From Callorhinchus milii (Eukaryota), in the NCBI RefSeq assembly GCF_018977255.1, contig NW_024704742.1, positions 50,842,001 through 50,906,000 of the forward strand: a stretch of DNA of 64,000 bases. The letters run 5' to 3'. The notes below the pieces were generated by a model, which was given only the letters and a program-made list of their open reading frames with translations, ran no database searches and was not told the origin of the DNA. Both the position numbers and the translations under genes were made by a program. Below are positions 1 to 13,100 of this stretch, piece after piece; the stretch's first letter is position 1, and the number at the start of each line of letters is the position of its first letter.

Positions 1-765
1 CTTTCTTCAGTGTATCCAGATGGACATTGATGGCAATCTCTGCTCTGAGCTTGTCAGGAAGATACTTCAAAACTTCTCTTTCATCTACAGCTTTTTTGTT
101 TGTCCACAGGTAGTCAAACCACTTGATAACTCTTTTCTCCAAATCCTTGCTCACTTTTCGGAAGTGCATGTACTGTTTGATAGCATCGATCCTTGACTGA
201 AACTCTGCACGAGCTGCATTCATGTTAGAAATCATGGAGCCAACATTACCGACAATGGTGGCAAAAATCAACACTCCAATCAAGAAATCAGCGACCACAA
301 AGATGTATTCAGAATCCTGGACAGGAGGAGGTGTTTCTCCAATGGTGGTTAATGTCAGCGTTGACCAATAGAGGCTGTAAACATACTTTCTAGCAAGCCG
401 AGAAAATTCTGGAAGAGAGATATTTGGATACACCCATGTGTCTGCTCCAAAACCTATTACTTTGGAAATTGAAAAATACACACAAGCATTCCAGTGGATA
501 ATGATGCATATGTACATGACAAGGTTGGAGATCCTGAACATGTTTGGATAGTTTGTCCGCGTTTCTGTTCTTGAAAAGAACTCAAACAATCGATTAATCC
601 GCAACAACTTGTTTAATCTAATCTCTGGATAACTCATTCCAACGATTAGGTATAGGACATCAGTTGGTATCATTGATACAACATCTAGTTTGAATTGCAA
701 TGTCTTCAAGTATCTTTCTCTGAGTTTCTTTTCATCGGTAATCAATAGTCCTTGTTCCAGATAAC
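1..765 (-). CDS. CNGA1: CNGA1 large terminal coding exon (S2-S6, pore, C-linker), truncated by the window edge
   Basis: Acceptor tgcag| then [19 protein letters not shown]...[58 protein letters not shown]...[21 protein letters not shown]; contains the CNG pore motif TIGETPPP. Confidence 0.96.
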
Positions 766-1876
766 CTGCAGAGGACAGAGTAAAACACTGAAATACAGAG
801 ATCAAAAATAATTCAATACCTGATATGTTTTTAAAAGACTCTCAAATTGGCATTTCAAACATTCATCACTCTTAATTCTAAGAATAGCCAAGCGTCAAGA
901 TATTTTTGACAATGCATTTGTTTGTGTACTATGAATGGCAAAACCAGTTTGATTTTTTTTATTAGTACTACAAGCTGGCAAAGGTACATCACTGACACCA
1001 TTCAATACTTCTGGGAAAAAATATTTCCCATATGAAGAGGAAGAAATATTAGATAGCTATTTTGCTATCTAATATTAATGAAGACGTAATAATCTAATGA
1101 AGAACAACAACTTGCATTTATATAGCCCCCTTCATGCAGGGGATCAACTCAGAGCGTGTAACAGTGGCAGAGTTTGATGCTAAGACAGGAGAAGGGGGAG
1201 GTGATTGTAGGCACAGTCGAAGAGGAAGTTCTTTAGGTGTGATCTGAAGATGGGCAAGGAGGATGTAAGGTGGAGGGATTGAAGCACAGAGTTCCATAGT
1301 TTGGGGAGTGGTGACTGAAAGCACGGCCGCTGATGGTAGAGTGGAGGAGAAGAGGAACGTGCAGGAGTCTGTCAGCAATCCAGAATTCTGGATTGCTTGA
1401 GTTGACCAAAGGGTTGACCAAAGAAAGGTTCATGGACCTGTTTTCTTCAGAAAAACTGCTGCTGTGAACCATGAAAGCACATTTACAGAACACAAAGTTT
1501 CAACATCATCGTTGATAAAACATTGTTGTTGGCTACAAAATGGATTTTCTCAGACATTTTCAGACTTTTCTGACTTGTTCAATACAAACTGCTGGAATCT
1601 TGATAAAGGCGAGGAGATCTTGACAATTATTGGATATTGCTAACCAGAGGATACGATTGACAAGAAGATGCTTTTGTGGAGCTGATGGCCAGATGTCTTT
1701 GTAAGGTCGATGTGTAAAGGAACGGAACTGAGTTTAAAAATTTGTGGAGCTGAATTTTGCAAATGGAATACCTAACAGTAAATAATATCAAAAAAGAGTG
1801 ATATACTACAATCAACATGGATTAACAAGACGATTCCTCATCAAAGCCACTTTATTTGGTCTGATCAATTCATTGT

Positions 1877-2184
1877 GGAGTCCTGTAGCTCAGTGGTTAG
1901 AGCACTCGCTTTGCAAGTGAGAGACCTGAGTTCAATTCCAGGCAGGGCGAAACCTTGGGCAAGTTTCCTTACTCCACACGCCTAATAATAATCCCTCCAA
2001 AACTAAAAACAATAATTAAATTGGTCATTTTCAATCTACGACTGTTTGTGGGACATTGCTGTGCGTAATTGGCTGCCGCGTTCGCCCACAAATATGCAGT
2101 CAATTCACTTTACAGTGTGTTCTGTGAAGCGCTTTGGGACGTCCTCCCGACGTGAAAAGCGCTATATCAAATGCAAGGATTATT
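1877..2184 (+). mobile_element. tRNA-derived SINE, full length; reference copy of the abundant young family
   Basis: Head GGAGTCCTGTAGCTCAGTGGTTAGAGCAC with A/B-box-like motifs; tail gcgctatatcaaatgcaaggattatt; more than 15 related copies or fragments in the window. Confidence 0.9.
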
Positions 2185-2674
2185 GCAGTGAACTTTACTA
2201 ACCTGTCGTAAGCATTAATTTGATTTGATGAAACGTATAACTTTGAAATGCATTGCGAATTTGTGTTAATAAATGTCAATTGATTAAAGAATTTGTGCCG
2301 GTCCTTACTTCACCGGAGGGTAACAAATTGACTTTGTGGGAGAAACACAGCAGCCAATTGCGGACAGCAGTGTCCCACAAACAGTCATGGATTGAGTGAC
2401 CAAATAATAATAATTTTTTTTTGGAGGAATTATTACTCCTGGAAAGGTTCCTACTTACTGCTAGGTAAACAGAGGTGTGAGGAGTAAAGAAACTTGCCAA
2501 AAGGTTCATCCTGCCCGGGAATGTTATTATTTAAAAATGTTTAGAATTGACCAAATGGATCAAAGGTCTTTATATTCTTGTACTTTCTTTTGTTCCTATT
2601 TGTGAAAGAAAACATTTTATTTTATACAAACTGGGAGCTAATACTAGTGGGGAATGGACCACTAATTTATGTTG

Positions 2675-3050
2675 ATAATGATAATAATAATAATAATCCT
2701 TGCATTTGATATAGCACCTTATCACATCTTCGAGTGAAAGCTCTTCACAGAATATACTGTAAAGTTAATTGACTGTATATTTTGTGGGCAAAATGCGGCA
2801 GCCAATTGTGCACAGCAGTGTACCACAAACAGTCGTGGATTGAAGTGTCAAATTTTTTTTTTTGAAGGAATTATTACCCCCGGAAAAGCAATTCACCAAT
2901 CGAGTAACAACCGGGTTCCTACTTACTGCTAAGTAAACAGAGGCGTGTGGAGTAAGGAAACCTGCCTAACATTTCACCCTGCCGGGAATCAAACCTTGCA
3001 ATCCTCTCTCTTGCGCGGTGAGTGGTCTAAGCACTAAGCTACAGGACTCC
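2675..3050 (-). mobile_element. tRNA-derived SINE, longer subfamily
   Basis: Same head and tail plus an internal gcagtaagtaggaacc segment. Confidence 0.88.
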
Positions 3051-3265
3051 GCATACTAAATAATTTCAAGCACTAAATGTTTCATTCTTTAATAAATTTA
3101 AGTATGTGTAGGCTAATCAGTCTAGTTCATTTGGATAAAACTTTTATTTGTGAGAATAAAGGTTAATATATTAGGTTACAGGTTCAGACAAAAAATATTA
3201 TTCATTAGGAATAATATAAACTTATGCCAATCCCCTTGCACAAAATAACAAAAAGTCACACTCAC

Positions 3266-3372
3266 CTGTTCGTGTCCTTAAAAACATATCAAGAATGTAA
3301 ATAACGTCCGATACATAATCAAATGCAAACCAATATGTCAGGTAATCTTCCTGCAATTCTTCAAAGCAGGCT
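3266..3372 (-). CDS. CNGA1: CNGA1 coding exon (107 nt)
   Basis: tttag|A GCC TGC...ACA G|gtgag; encodes [35 protein letters not shown]; phases match both neighbours. Confidence 0.95.
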
Positions 3373-4048
3373 CTAAATAGTAGGTGGAAAACAAAAGTAA
3401 ATACCAAAGTAAATCCTGAGTACCACAAAACCACTTCTTTCTAAGTTTGTAACAGTTTAATAATTTCTCAAAAGTACAACAGACATCAAACCCCTCCAAT
3501 CTCCTTACTTCAACAAAGTACCAGTATATACATAGGGATTAGGGTGATTTGTTTGTAGGTACCTCTTTTGGTTTTATGGCATTTAACTACTTGGTATTTC
3601 AAATCTTGACAGTTGTAGAGGGAATAAGGTTACTTTTTCTTTACACTATTGTGCTATTGAGGTATTCTGAATCACTCTTACTATGTTGCTTTTCCTACAA
3701 AAGCTTCACTTATTCTTTCTGCCAGTTGTGCATAAGATTAAGGTAATTTAACAACACATCTATTTATGTACGTAAAAAGATTTGTGGATTATGTTGCTCT
3801 GTTTCTTCAATTTCATTTCCCTCTTGATAGAGTCCCAGTATTATACATCATTTCCAGCCAAGAAAAGAGATAATCAATCTGCACCCAGAGTACCACACTA
3901 CCAATAACTTTCTATGAGCAACTACTACAAATTGCACAAAAGTAGCCTGGGGAAGCTCCTGCTGGTAGTCCCCCATTTCCTGCATGACAGATATTAATAT
4001 TATAATAATAACGCTTGCATTTGAGACATCTCAAAGCACTTCACAGAA

Positions 4049-4497
4049 CAACAACAACTTGCATTTATATAGCGCCTCTAGCAAAGGGTAGAGTCCCAGA
4101 GTGCTTGACAGTAGCAGAGCACAACACTGAGCCGGGGGAGGGGGAAAGGAGGGAGGTGACTGTAGGCACGGTCGATGAGGAAGGTCTTCAGGCACGATCT
4201 GAAGATGGGGAAGGAAGGGACAAGATGGAGGAAGAGAAGGAGAGTGTTTCAGAGTTTTGGGGTGTAATGGCTGAAAGTGCAGCCACCAATGGTGAAACAG
4301 AGGGCACGAGGGACATGCAGGAGGCCGGAGCCAATTGAGCGGAGGCAGCGGGTTGTCGGTTGGAGGGCAAGCAAGTCAGAGAGGTAGGGAGGTGCCAGGG
4401 CATGAACGGATTTGAAAATGAGTGTGAGGATCTTGAAAACCATCTGTTTGGCGATAGGGAGCCAGTGGAGCCTGGCTAGAATTAGTGTAATGAGGGT
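4049..4497 (-). mobile_element. L2 LINE 3' fragment inserted into a SINE
   Basis: Encodes LARLHWLPI...FKILTL...PPYLSDLL; (TTG)n tail; TSD acagaa at 4043-4048 and 4498-4503. Confidence 0.88.
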
Positions 4498-4815
4498 ACA
4501 GAATATATTGTAAAGTGGATTGACTGTATATTTTGTAGGCGAAGCACCCATAAAATCACAGTATTTCACGCTGACTTTCACGTAACTGACCACTTGGGGG
4601 ATAGCAGGCATTATCCTATATCCAAAAATCCTGTGACATAGCTACCTGGGGATCCTGTTCACTGTGTTTGAGATTGGTAACTCGATAAAATGGACAATAA
4701 AAAGTACAGGAGCTACAGTCTTATGGGGCAGTGAGTTGCCATCACAATGCATTGTGCCACCATGTCACTTAATTTCATATCCTGATATTTAAACATTTGT
4801 TTAGTGTTGTCCTAC

Positions 4816-4920
4816 CTAGCTATAATCATGGTCCAGTTGTACATCACAGGCATTGTGATTACGAAGAGCCAGTTGTAGTACATGTTTCCCGCTGGGTCCA
4901 AGATGAATGCTTTCTTCTCC
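4816..4920 (-). CDS. CNGA1: CNGA1 coding exon (105 nt, S1)
   Basis: ctcag|G GAG AAG...GCT AG|gtagg; encodes [35 protein letters not shown]. Confidence 0.95.
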   Translation of the reverse strand, partial: GEESIHLGPSGKHVLQLALRNHNACDVQLDHDYS

Positions 4921-5667
4921 CTGAGTGTAAAATACATGTAATAGAATGTAAATAAACCAATTGGAGATTTATAATACTACATAATAATCCTTGCATTTGA
5001 TATGGTGCTTTATCCTGTCATTGAGATGACTCAAAGCACTTAATAATAATAATAATAATAATCCTTGCATTTGATATAGCGCTTTTCACGTCGGGAGGAC
5101 GTCCCAAAGCGCTTCACAGAACACACTGTAAAGTGAATTAACTGTATATTTGTGGGCAAACGCGGCAGCCAATTGCGCACAGCAATGTCCCACAAACACT
5201 TCACAGGGTTTTACTGTACTGTATGGGATTCATACCACAAAATGAATGTTGCACTGAATTTGGATCATTGAATTCTAAGGTGAATTGAAGACTGTTCTGT
5301 TTTACAGAAACAGGGATAGACTGGACAAGTTACATAACATTACACTGGTTCAATTATGTTACCTTTAACAGAAATAGGATTCCCAATTTACCTTGAAGTC
5401 TACAGATCAGTTTACAATATTTAGAAAGAGGATGAATTTATTATGAATTTGGTGGGAGAGAAAATATGTTAGTTACAGGTTAGGATATTCGATGTAGGTT
5501 GGCATTGCATTTGATATTGAACCTTACCACACAGAAACATTTCAAAGCACTTCATGGCTTTCTGTAAAGTGTAATGACTGTTTATTTGTAAGTGAATGTG
5601 AATGCTGGAAATTAATTTGTGAATAGCTGAAGTTGTTAAACCTAGGATTGTCCTAGACAAAGGTCAA

Positions 5668-5996
5668 ATAATAATAATAATAATCCTTGCATTTGATATA
5701 GCACTTTTCACGTCTTCTAGACGTCCCAAAGCGCTTCACAGAATATACAGTAAAGTGAATTGACTGTATATTTGTGGGCGAACGTGGCAGCCAATTGCGC
5801 ACGGCAGTCATTTGCCCACAAACAGTCGTGGATTGAAACTGACCAATTTATTATTGTTCTGTTTTTTGGAGGGATTATTATTAGGCTCTGTGTGGAGTAA
5901 GGAAACTTGCCCAAGGTTTCGCCCTGACCTGCCTGGAATTGAACTCAGGTCTCTCACTTGCAAAGTGAGTGCTCTAACCACTGAGCTACAGGACTC
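5668..5996 (-). mobile_element. tRNA-derived SINE
   Basis: Reverse copy closely matching 1877-2184. Confidence 0.9.
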
Positions 5997-6252
5997 TGTG
6001 TATGTCTTAAACTGATGCCTTATTCACGAATGTGCAACACACATTCTAGTACCCCAAGTATGTCACACCAACCTGCAGGAACACTGCTCCCAAGTGATCT
6101 ACTCCCAGACTGGAGCGTTTGCAGGTTGAAGGGAATTCTAAGTAGAACCAAAAGCTTTTAACCATCCAGGAATTTGTTTAAGAAATCCCGCAAACTATTT
6201 CTCCTAGGGATCATCATTTCTAAACTGTGTACTGCTAGTTAAGTGTACTTAC

Positions 6253-6414
6253 TTCTCATCTTTCTTATCATCCTTTTTCTTGTCCTTTTTCTCGTCCTTT
6301 TTCTCGTCCTTTTTCTCGTCTTCTTTCTTTTTCTGCTTCCCTTTGTCCTTTTCTTTATTCTTATCTTTTTTCTTTTCTTTATCTTTCTTTTCACCTTTCT
6401 TGCCATCAGATTTG
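6253..6414 (-). CDS. CNGA1: CNGA1 K/D/E-rich N-terminal exon (162 nt)
   Basis: ttgcag|C AAA TCT GAT...GAG AA|gtaagt; encodes KSDGKKGEKKDKEKKKDK...DEK, resembling the lysine-rich N-terminus of CNGA1; phase 2-2. Confidence 0.9.
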
Positions 6415-6515
6415 CTGCAAAATGGATTGAAGTGGAAAATGATGTATGTTAATGACAGGCTCTTGTGTTGTTGTATATGGGAGAAATTTTCATTTTCCAA
6501 TTATTCAAAATTCAC

Positions 6516-6566
6516 CCTTTTTTTTCTTTTTTATTCTTTTTGGATTCTTTCTTCTTTTCTTGCTCC
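6516..6566 (-). CDS. CNGA1: CNGA1 small lysine-rich exon (51 nt)
   Basis: tttcag|G GAG CAA GAA AAG...AAA GG|gtgaat; encodes EQEKKKESKKNKKEKK; phase 2-2. Confidence 0.85.
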
Positions 6567-6856
6567 CTGAAAAAGTAAGATAATTGTTTTGTTTTAAACA
6601 ATAGCCCACAAAACAAACTTAACATTCCACGAATATAGCACAAATTGGAATATTTCACAAAATCCTACAACATTTCAACTTCAGTGGGTTTGATTTTTTA
6701 AAAAAAATCCACCTTTTTAAGTACTGTATAATAATAATGTCAGAAAAATAACTGCTTATCCCAAAATCTTTAAGAATGTGTAATAGCGAAATAAAAGTTA
6801 GAATTACTTTATTCTACGTGAAATCTGAAGCTTTACAAATCAAGTGTGATACTTAC

Positions 6857-6913
6857 TCATCATTGTTATTGCTGTTGTTAATATTTCTAATGTCATCAGG
6901 AAAAGGCTGGTCC
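6857..6913 (-). CDS. CNGA1: CNGA1 coding exon (57 nt)
   Basis: ttcttag|G GAC CAG...GAT GA|gtaagt; encodes DQPFPDDIRNINNSNNNDE, similar to the NVNNSSN motif of CNGA1. Confidence 0.85.
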
Positions 6914-8874
6914 CTAAGAAACAGTAAAATGTAAGAAAATATTAGATGGTTCATTTTCAGTAAGCTTTATTAAATGTACCTTGTGTGTTTTTCTCTTTTA
7001 ACGTACGCAGATTTGTGTGCATGATGGCAATCGAAAGGTGCTCATCAAAGGATGAAACCCCTTACGGTCTTAATGCCATTGTCTTAAAATTTAAGATCAT
7101 GCAGAATTTTGAAAATAATCTTAAAATGTCACTCATTGTTTTTGTTGGTAGCTTTTTTCCACAGTTCCATTTACGAACTGCAGAAAATCAGCTTTGAAAT
7201 CAAAAAAGTTTAAAATTTTCCAATATCCTGCGTAATCTTAAAACAATGGTGTGAAACCCCAAACCATTAGAAATGTCAGGCCTAAGGCTAGCAGCTCCAC
7301 TACTGTTTAATCCATTTAAATATTTTAATAATGTAAATGCCACCTTCCCACAGCAGAGGACACTTTTTTGGTTAAGAATGCCTTTGCTGTACAGTTTTGA
7401 CTCATCTCCTGTGTCATTTATGGCAAAGCAAAGCAATAAATGACAGAGCAGCTGAGTCAAAATTGTACTCCAAAGGCAAACCAGGCCGCTTTGGAATAAA
7501 TTAGCGTGACCTAAATAGCAAAGAAAACATACTTGTGTGGCAACCATTCCATTACTCCGATAGAATTTTCTGTAGAGTAAATCATATTGTACTGGACAAG
7601 AGAATTACTTACGCAAACCCTAAGTAAATTTGGTAAAACAAACATCAAATTTCCTACTTCCTGAGTTCTCAATCTCAGCAAAAGCTGATGACAGCAGTGC
7701 CAGACAGAAGTGAGTCAATTCAATGGAGGTATAAACTATCAAAAGGAAAAGCCTCCGTATACTGTCCCACTTGCTGGTTACTGGTGGGAGGAACAACTGG
7801 CCACAAAACAATCTCACAAATGAAAAATAAATTAAAGAAAAACAAAGCAACCCAACAAGGTGTATTATCTGCAATGTTAAAGTATAACATTTACAAATGC
7901 AGCATAGCATCGTCTAGGCCTAAGATGGACTTCTCTCAAAGCACTGGACTGCTGGCTAACAGGAAGCTGCTTTCCTCTGATCTTTTTGTTTAGTTACATC
8001 AGTATCCTACTAGCCAATACTTAGTGCCTGAGCCACAAGATGGAAGTCAAATACCATGACAAGACTGGCATGGCAAGGCTGGCATCAAGAAAGGCTAATG
8101 GAGTGGGACGCAACTTTAGAACACTTGGCTATTATTGATGTGTTAAATATTAAAAAATAAAGTAACTGCTAGGGTTAAAACATGCAAATATGTAATTACA
8201 AGTTGTCAAAATTTATGCCACTGCTGGTCTAGATTTACTCTATTTGTGTTACATTTTAGAGCATCCAGAGTTAGTAATTTGTTGAATTCAGTCTCAGCTT
8301 TTGAGTCTGTTTTCTGTGTTTCTTTAAAGAATTTACAGAAAATCAACGCCATAAAAAGGACTGTAATTATGAATTTCCCAAATTCTAGGCACTCTGAAAT
8401 GCTACATAAATAGAGTACTTCCTTGGAGGGGGTGGGTAAGTGGGTTCTCCTTAGAGCTGACGTGGCTCTATGGGCACATGCTTGGCTACAGAATATCAGA
8501 ATTGAGCTAACCAGCTTGGTTTTAACTGGTTAGACTCCAGTAGTACCCCAGCGCACACTCAGGTCCCTAAGCATTGGCTCTTGCCAACCTGCACCTAATA
8601 CTCTCCAGAATTAGTTAAGCAGGATGCATCATTCCAGGGGGCAATGCGCATACCTTTTCTAGACACAAGAACTTCCATGTGTCGGTGGGATGCATGGAAC
8701 TCTCAGTTTAGTTTGGATACTCTTAAGCATGGTGATGGGTTTCTGCACGTATCAAACACCCGGTTGACCAAGGAAATTGAGTAAATCTAGATCGGGTGGA
8801 ATTTCTTCCTCTGTATGTTGTGATTTATTATTGAATCCAGTAAAATCTGTCATTCTGAAGTGGTTCTGTCATAC

Positions 8875-8978
8875 CTTCTTTCTCCATTCTCCATCTGTCC
8901 CATCTCATCATCTACTGTTTGTATTACCAGCCGGGGAATGGGTAGTTGGGTCCAATGAGTATTAATGACAGCTGCCAT
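8875..8978 (-). CDS. CNGA1: CNGA1 first coding exon; ATG at 8978, exon begins at 9004 after an acceptor
   Basis: Encodes MAAVINTHWTQLPIPRLVIQTVDDEMGQMENGER, then AG|gtatg; resembles the CNGA1 N-terminus (INT...MENG); polypyrimidine acceptor 26 nt upstream of the ATG. Confidence 0.88.
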
Positions 8979-9726
8979 TTTAGTGTTTATATGGATTCCC
9001 AGGCCTGAAAAGAAAGAGAATTACAACAAAGAATGTTTTACATCTTTAAATAAAATTAGTTTTTTTTAGAGAGAGCAATTTATATATTTATATAAATAAT
9101 AAATATTATTTAGTAATTGTCTGTATATGGAACAGAATTAATTTTACATTTGGGCTTCAGTTTTTCCAATGCCCAACATGCACATTTCTTCAACTGCACC
9201 TGCCACAAACTCCAGATCTCTGCAGCTAGTATCCTCTCCCACACTCCAAGAGCCCATCACCCAATCCATGCCCAATTCCACTGGCTCTCTCTCTCTCAAC
9301 AGATCAATACCCTTGTCCTCACCTTCAAATGTCTCCACAGTCTTGTCTCACCATATCTCTGAGACATTCTACGATCCTTCTCCTCTGATCACTCTCTCTA
9401 CTCTGCCAACTCCAGCCTGCTTCATGACTTCCATCCAACCCTCAATTGCTGAATTTTCAACAGCTTTGCCATGTCATCAGGAGCTCTTTTCCCAAAACCC
9501 TCCATCTTGCTCCTCCCATCTCCCTCCCCCCAGCTCCATGCCATCATGGGCTCAATCTTTCCAAAGCGCTTGTAGAACTTCCCCTAATGTGAAAGGTGCT
9601 ATTTAAATGTAAATCTAAATTGTTGTTCTTGCTCATTTGGACTACTTGTTAATCTCCCAAAAATGTTTGCAGCCCAAGTCATGGTCTTAATCAATAGCTA
9701 TAAAAGGTCACCATGAAGGGTGGTAT

Positions 9727-10148
9727 AATAATAATATAATAGTAACCCTTACTTTTAGTATAGTGCCTTTCACATCAGAAGACATCTCAAAGTGCTTCAC
9801 AGAATATACCGTAAAGTATAATGCATATTTATTTTGTAGGTGAACCTGGCAGTCAATGTATGTATAGCAATGTCTCAAAAACAGCCATATAATTTATTTT
9901 GGGGATTGTTGGCCATGACACCAAGAAGGAATCCTTTCTTTTGAATCATGCCATGGGATCTATAATGTCCACCTGAACAACCAGACAACCTTGGTTTAAT
10001 GTCTGATCCAAAGTTCGGCACCTCCAGCAATGCAGCAACTCCCTACACTGGATTGGAGCTTAGACTATATGAGTTTCAAGTCCCAACATGGGGCTTGAAT
10101 CCACAATCTTCTGACTCAGACACAAGATAGCTACCAACTGAGCCAGGA
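9727..10148 (-). mobile_element. Older Deu-domain SINE (SacSINE1/AmnSINE-like); other fragments near 11100-11460, 18090-18290, 21140-21215, 54383-54705, 60045-60080
   Basis: Central gccatgggatct...gtccacctgaaca...ggtttaa...ggcacctcc...aatgcagca resembles the recalled Deu domain; tRNA-like head; 3' tail shared with the young SINE. Confidence 0.65.
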
Positions 10149-13100
10149 TGACACACAGGAAGCCTGGGTACTAGCTCATTTAAGAACGGTATTTGTGCTC
10201 TAATAGGAAGACAGCTGGATAGGTATTTTGGAAGGATTGGATGAAGGGCTTTCTTCATCTGTATCTTTCTTGTGATCATGTGAGTAGATTTAATAAGTGT
10301 TGCATACCTAGAACCGATAATATTTCACATTTTACTTTATTATACTTTTACCCTGCAGAGAATGCAGAAAACATTTGCTGTCAAGACAATGATTCCTACA
10401 TATAAATACAAATAACAAGCCAGCCTGCCAACATTAGTTGGTCTAATGGTTTGGTAGCCTCAGGTTATGGAGTTGCTGTGAATTTCAATGCCAAGCTCCA
10501 ATGGACATTATCAGTAACCACCACTTAACAAACCAAAATCAGGACTCTAAACGTTTGGGGTGACTAGAGGTTTTATGATATGCAGAAACAGAATACACTG
10601 TGTTGTTGTATAGCGCCTTTCACGTCAGGAGGACGTCTCAAGGTGCTGGACAATCAGGGATTGGACCCGAGTTGGGGGTTGGGATAAGGAGGGGTGGAGG
10701 GCAGGAAAGGTAGGGTTGGAGGAAGGCTGAAGGCGTGGTTAAAGAGGAAGGGCTTGAGGCCTGCCTTGAAGGAGGCAAGGGAGGGAGCAAGCCGAAGGGA
10801 CTGAGGGTTGGAATTCCAAAAGGTGGGGGCAGAGAGGTTGAAGGCCTGAACGCTGATGGTGGAGTGGGCCTCTCGGGGGATGTGGAGCAGGCCGGAGCCT
10901 GCTGAGCGGAGGAACGGACAGAAGCACACACTGTTTTGCTAATATATAGAGTCACTCTTATCCATATTCCGAGAAACTACAAAAGCAAATGGTTCTGATG
11001 GTATGTACCACAAGAGCAAATCTTGAGTAACTTTATGCAATTACTGGAATTCCAGGATTCTGTTACAGAACTGATCTTCTTAATATCTGCTGTATGAGCT
11101 CATGTCTAGGCTGACACTCCAATGCAATGCTGAGGGAACGCCACCTTGTTGGAGGTGCCATCCTTTGGGTGAGACATTAAAGATAGGTGTCAAAGATCTA
11201 ATATTACTACTCAAAGGTCGTCCATAATAATAATTCTTGCATTTGAAATAACACCTGTCATGTCAGGAGGATGCCATGAGGGGCTTCACAGGATATATTG
11301 TAAAGCATGATTGTTTATTTGCAGGCAAGCATTGCTGTGAAATGAGTAACCATGAAGTGATTATTGGGCAGGAACCCTATAGCAAAGCCCTAATCTTTTT
11401 AAATAGAGCCATGGGATCTTTAACGTCCATCTGTTCAGGTGGGACGTCGGTTTAACAATATGTGGCCTGCTGTTTCTGCTAGAACCTCTCCACCTGTTAG
11501 AGTGACTAGACTGCTCTACCAAGTGGTCCTGCTCTTGTGGTCTATGATGCCATCACTTTCTGCCTTGCTTGCCAACAAACCCCAGATAAAATTGGTTGTT
11601 CACTTCATGGATATTTGTGGACTTTTGCTGTGCACAAATTAGCTGCTGCATTTCTTTACAGTCACTACCCTCAACAGTAAAATCCTGTGAAGCACTTTGA
11701 GACAATTCGGCAAAGTGATTAGGCACTATATCAAATCCAAACTATTATTATTATAGTTTAAATCACTCTGTAGAGGTAGTTCCTAAGTGTTTTTCGGTGA
11801 TGGGTCAGCCAAACCAGTAACACTATCACGTAATATTTGAATGGACGTTACTTTTCTTGTTTGATCTTCCTAAAATAACTACATTTTGCAGAAGGTTCAT
11901 ATTTTGTTCACTCGCTATTTTGTCAAGTCATTTCTGAATAGTCTTATCAACAATCTCAGTTGAATTGATGATTATAGGAACCATGTTTGTTTCCTACTGC
12001 TACACACACATTGTAGTTCAATATATTTCCTGATCTTCTCTAGTTCCTTGTTTCTTACGTTGTAATCCATTGGTATAACCACATCAATAATATTACATGT
12101 ACAATATATTTATTTTTTTAATGATAGTATCTGGTTTCTTACAGATTACTGTTCTATCTGTATGTACTTGTGAATCTCAGATTATTGTGATGTTATTTTT
12201 CAGTGTTACTTTTGCTGGTTGATGTTCATACCAGTTGGTCTTTAAATCAATATCAAAGTGTTTAAAATTGTAGAGTGGATATGAAACTGGCTAAGTATTT
12301 GAAGAGAAAGAATATAAAAAATAGGGGGAGAAAAAATCAGGGAATTGGGAACAGAATAGTTAGCTCCAGCGAAGAAGCCAGCACAGGCTCAACTAGAGAA
12401 CATTTTCTGTTATGTGAAATGTTATATGAATTTAAATGAGTGTATTGTTGTTGGTCTTCCAAATTTGGAATTAGAGGAGCTCCAATGGATTCAGAATCAA
12501 TGGACCGAACACCTTCATCCTATGCTATCTATAAATTTCCACAATTCCTGAACTGCCTGAGATTTACCGTCAATTTATTTATGTTGGCTGAAGCCGATTT
12601 AATTTTTGCCATATAATCATTCTCAACTATCCATTGTTCTCTACATACAAGGCAACGCCAGGAGAGTGCTTCCTAGTTGAGTGTGGGTTCACTTATAGCA
12701 TGGTGCACTGTGGGCTCAAACCATACCAGAATTGTGGTACACTTGCTTCGAGTGATGACTGGTTGGCATCCTGTATTTAAAATGGCCACTATCTGGGCTG
12801 TCAATTCATCTCTGGTCTCAATTCACTTTACAGTATATTCTTTGAAGCGCTTTGAGTCATCACAAAGACATGATGAGGCACTATATCATATGCAAGGATT
12901 ATTATTAATGGATTACTCAAACACGCTCCTCGCCAGGCTCCCCCTCTCCACTTTTCAAAAATTCCATCTCATTCAGAATTGTGCTGCCCACATACTTACC
13001 CGGACCAAACTCCGTACCCACATCTCACCAGAACTGGGCAGGCTCCACTGGCTCCTCATCACCGAAAGAATCAACTTCAAGATTCTCACTCTCGTGTTCA

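Noticed and set aside
1877..1950. tRNA gene
   Set aside because: The tRNA-like head continues into a multi-copy SINE body and tail
6243..6570. Hydrophobic plus-strand ORFs resembling membrane proteins
   Set aside because: They are antisense translations of the lysine-rich CNGA1 exons
6980..7060. Extra CNGA1 exon (SSFDEHL...)
   Set aside because: The phase needed to join the neighbouring exons contains TGA stops, and the acceptor is poor
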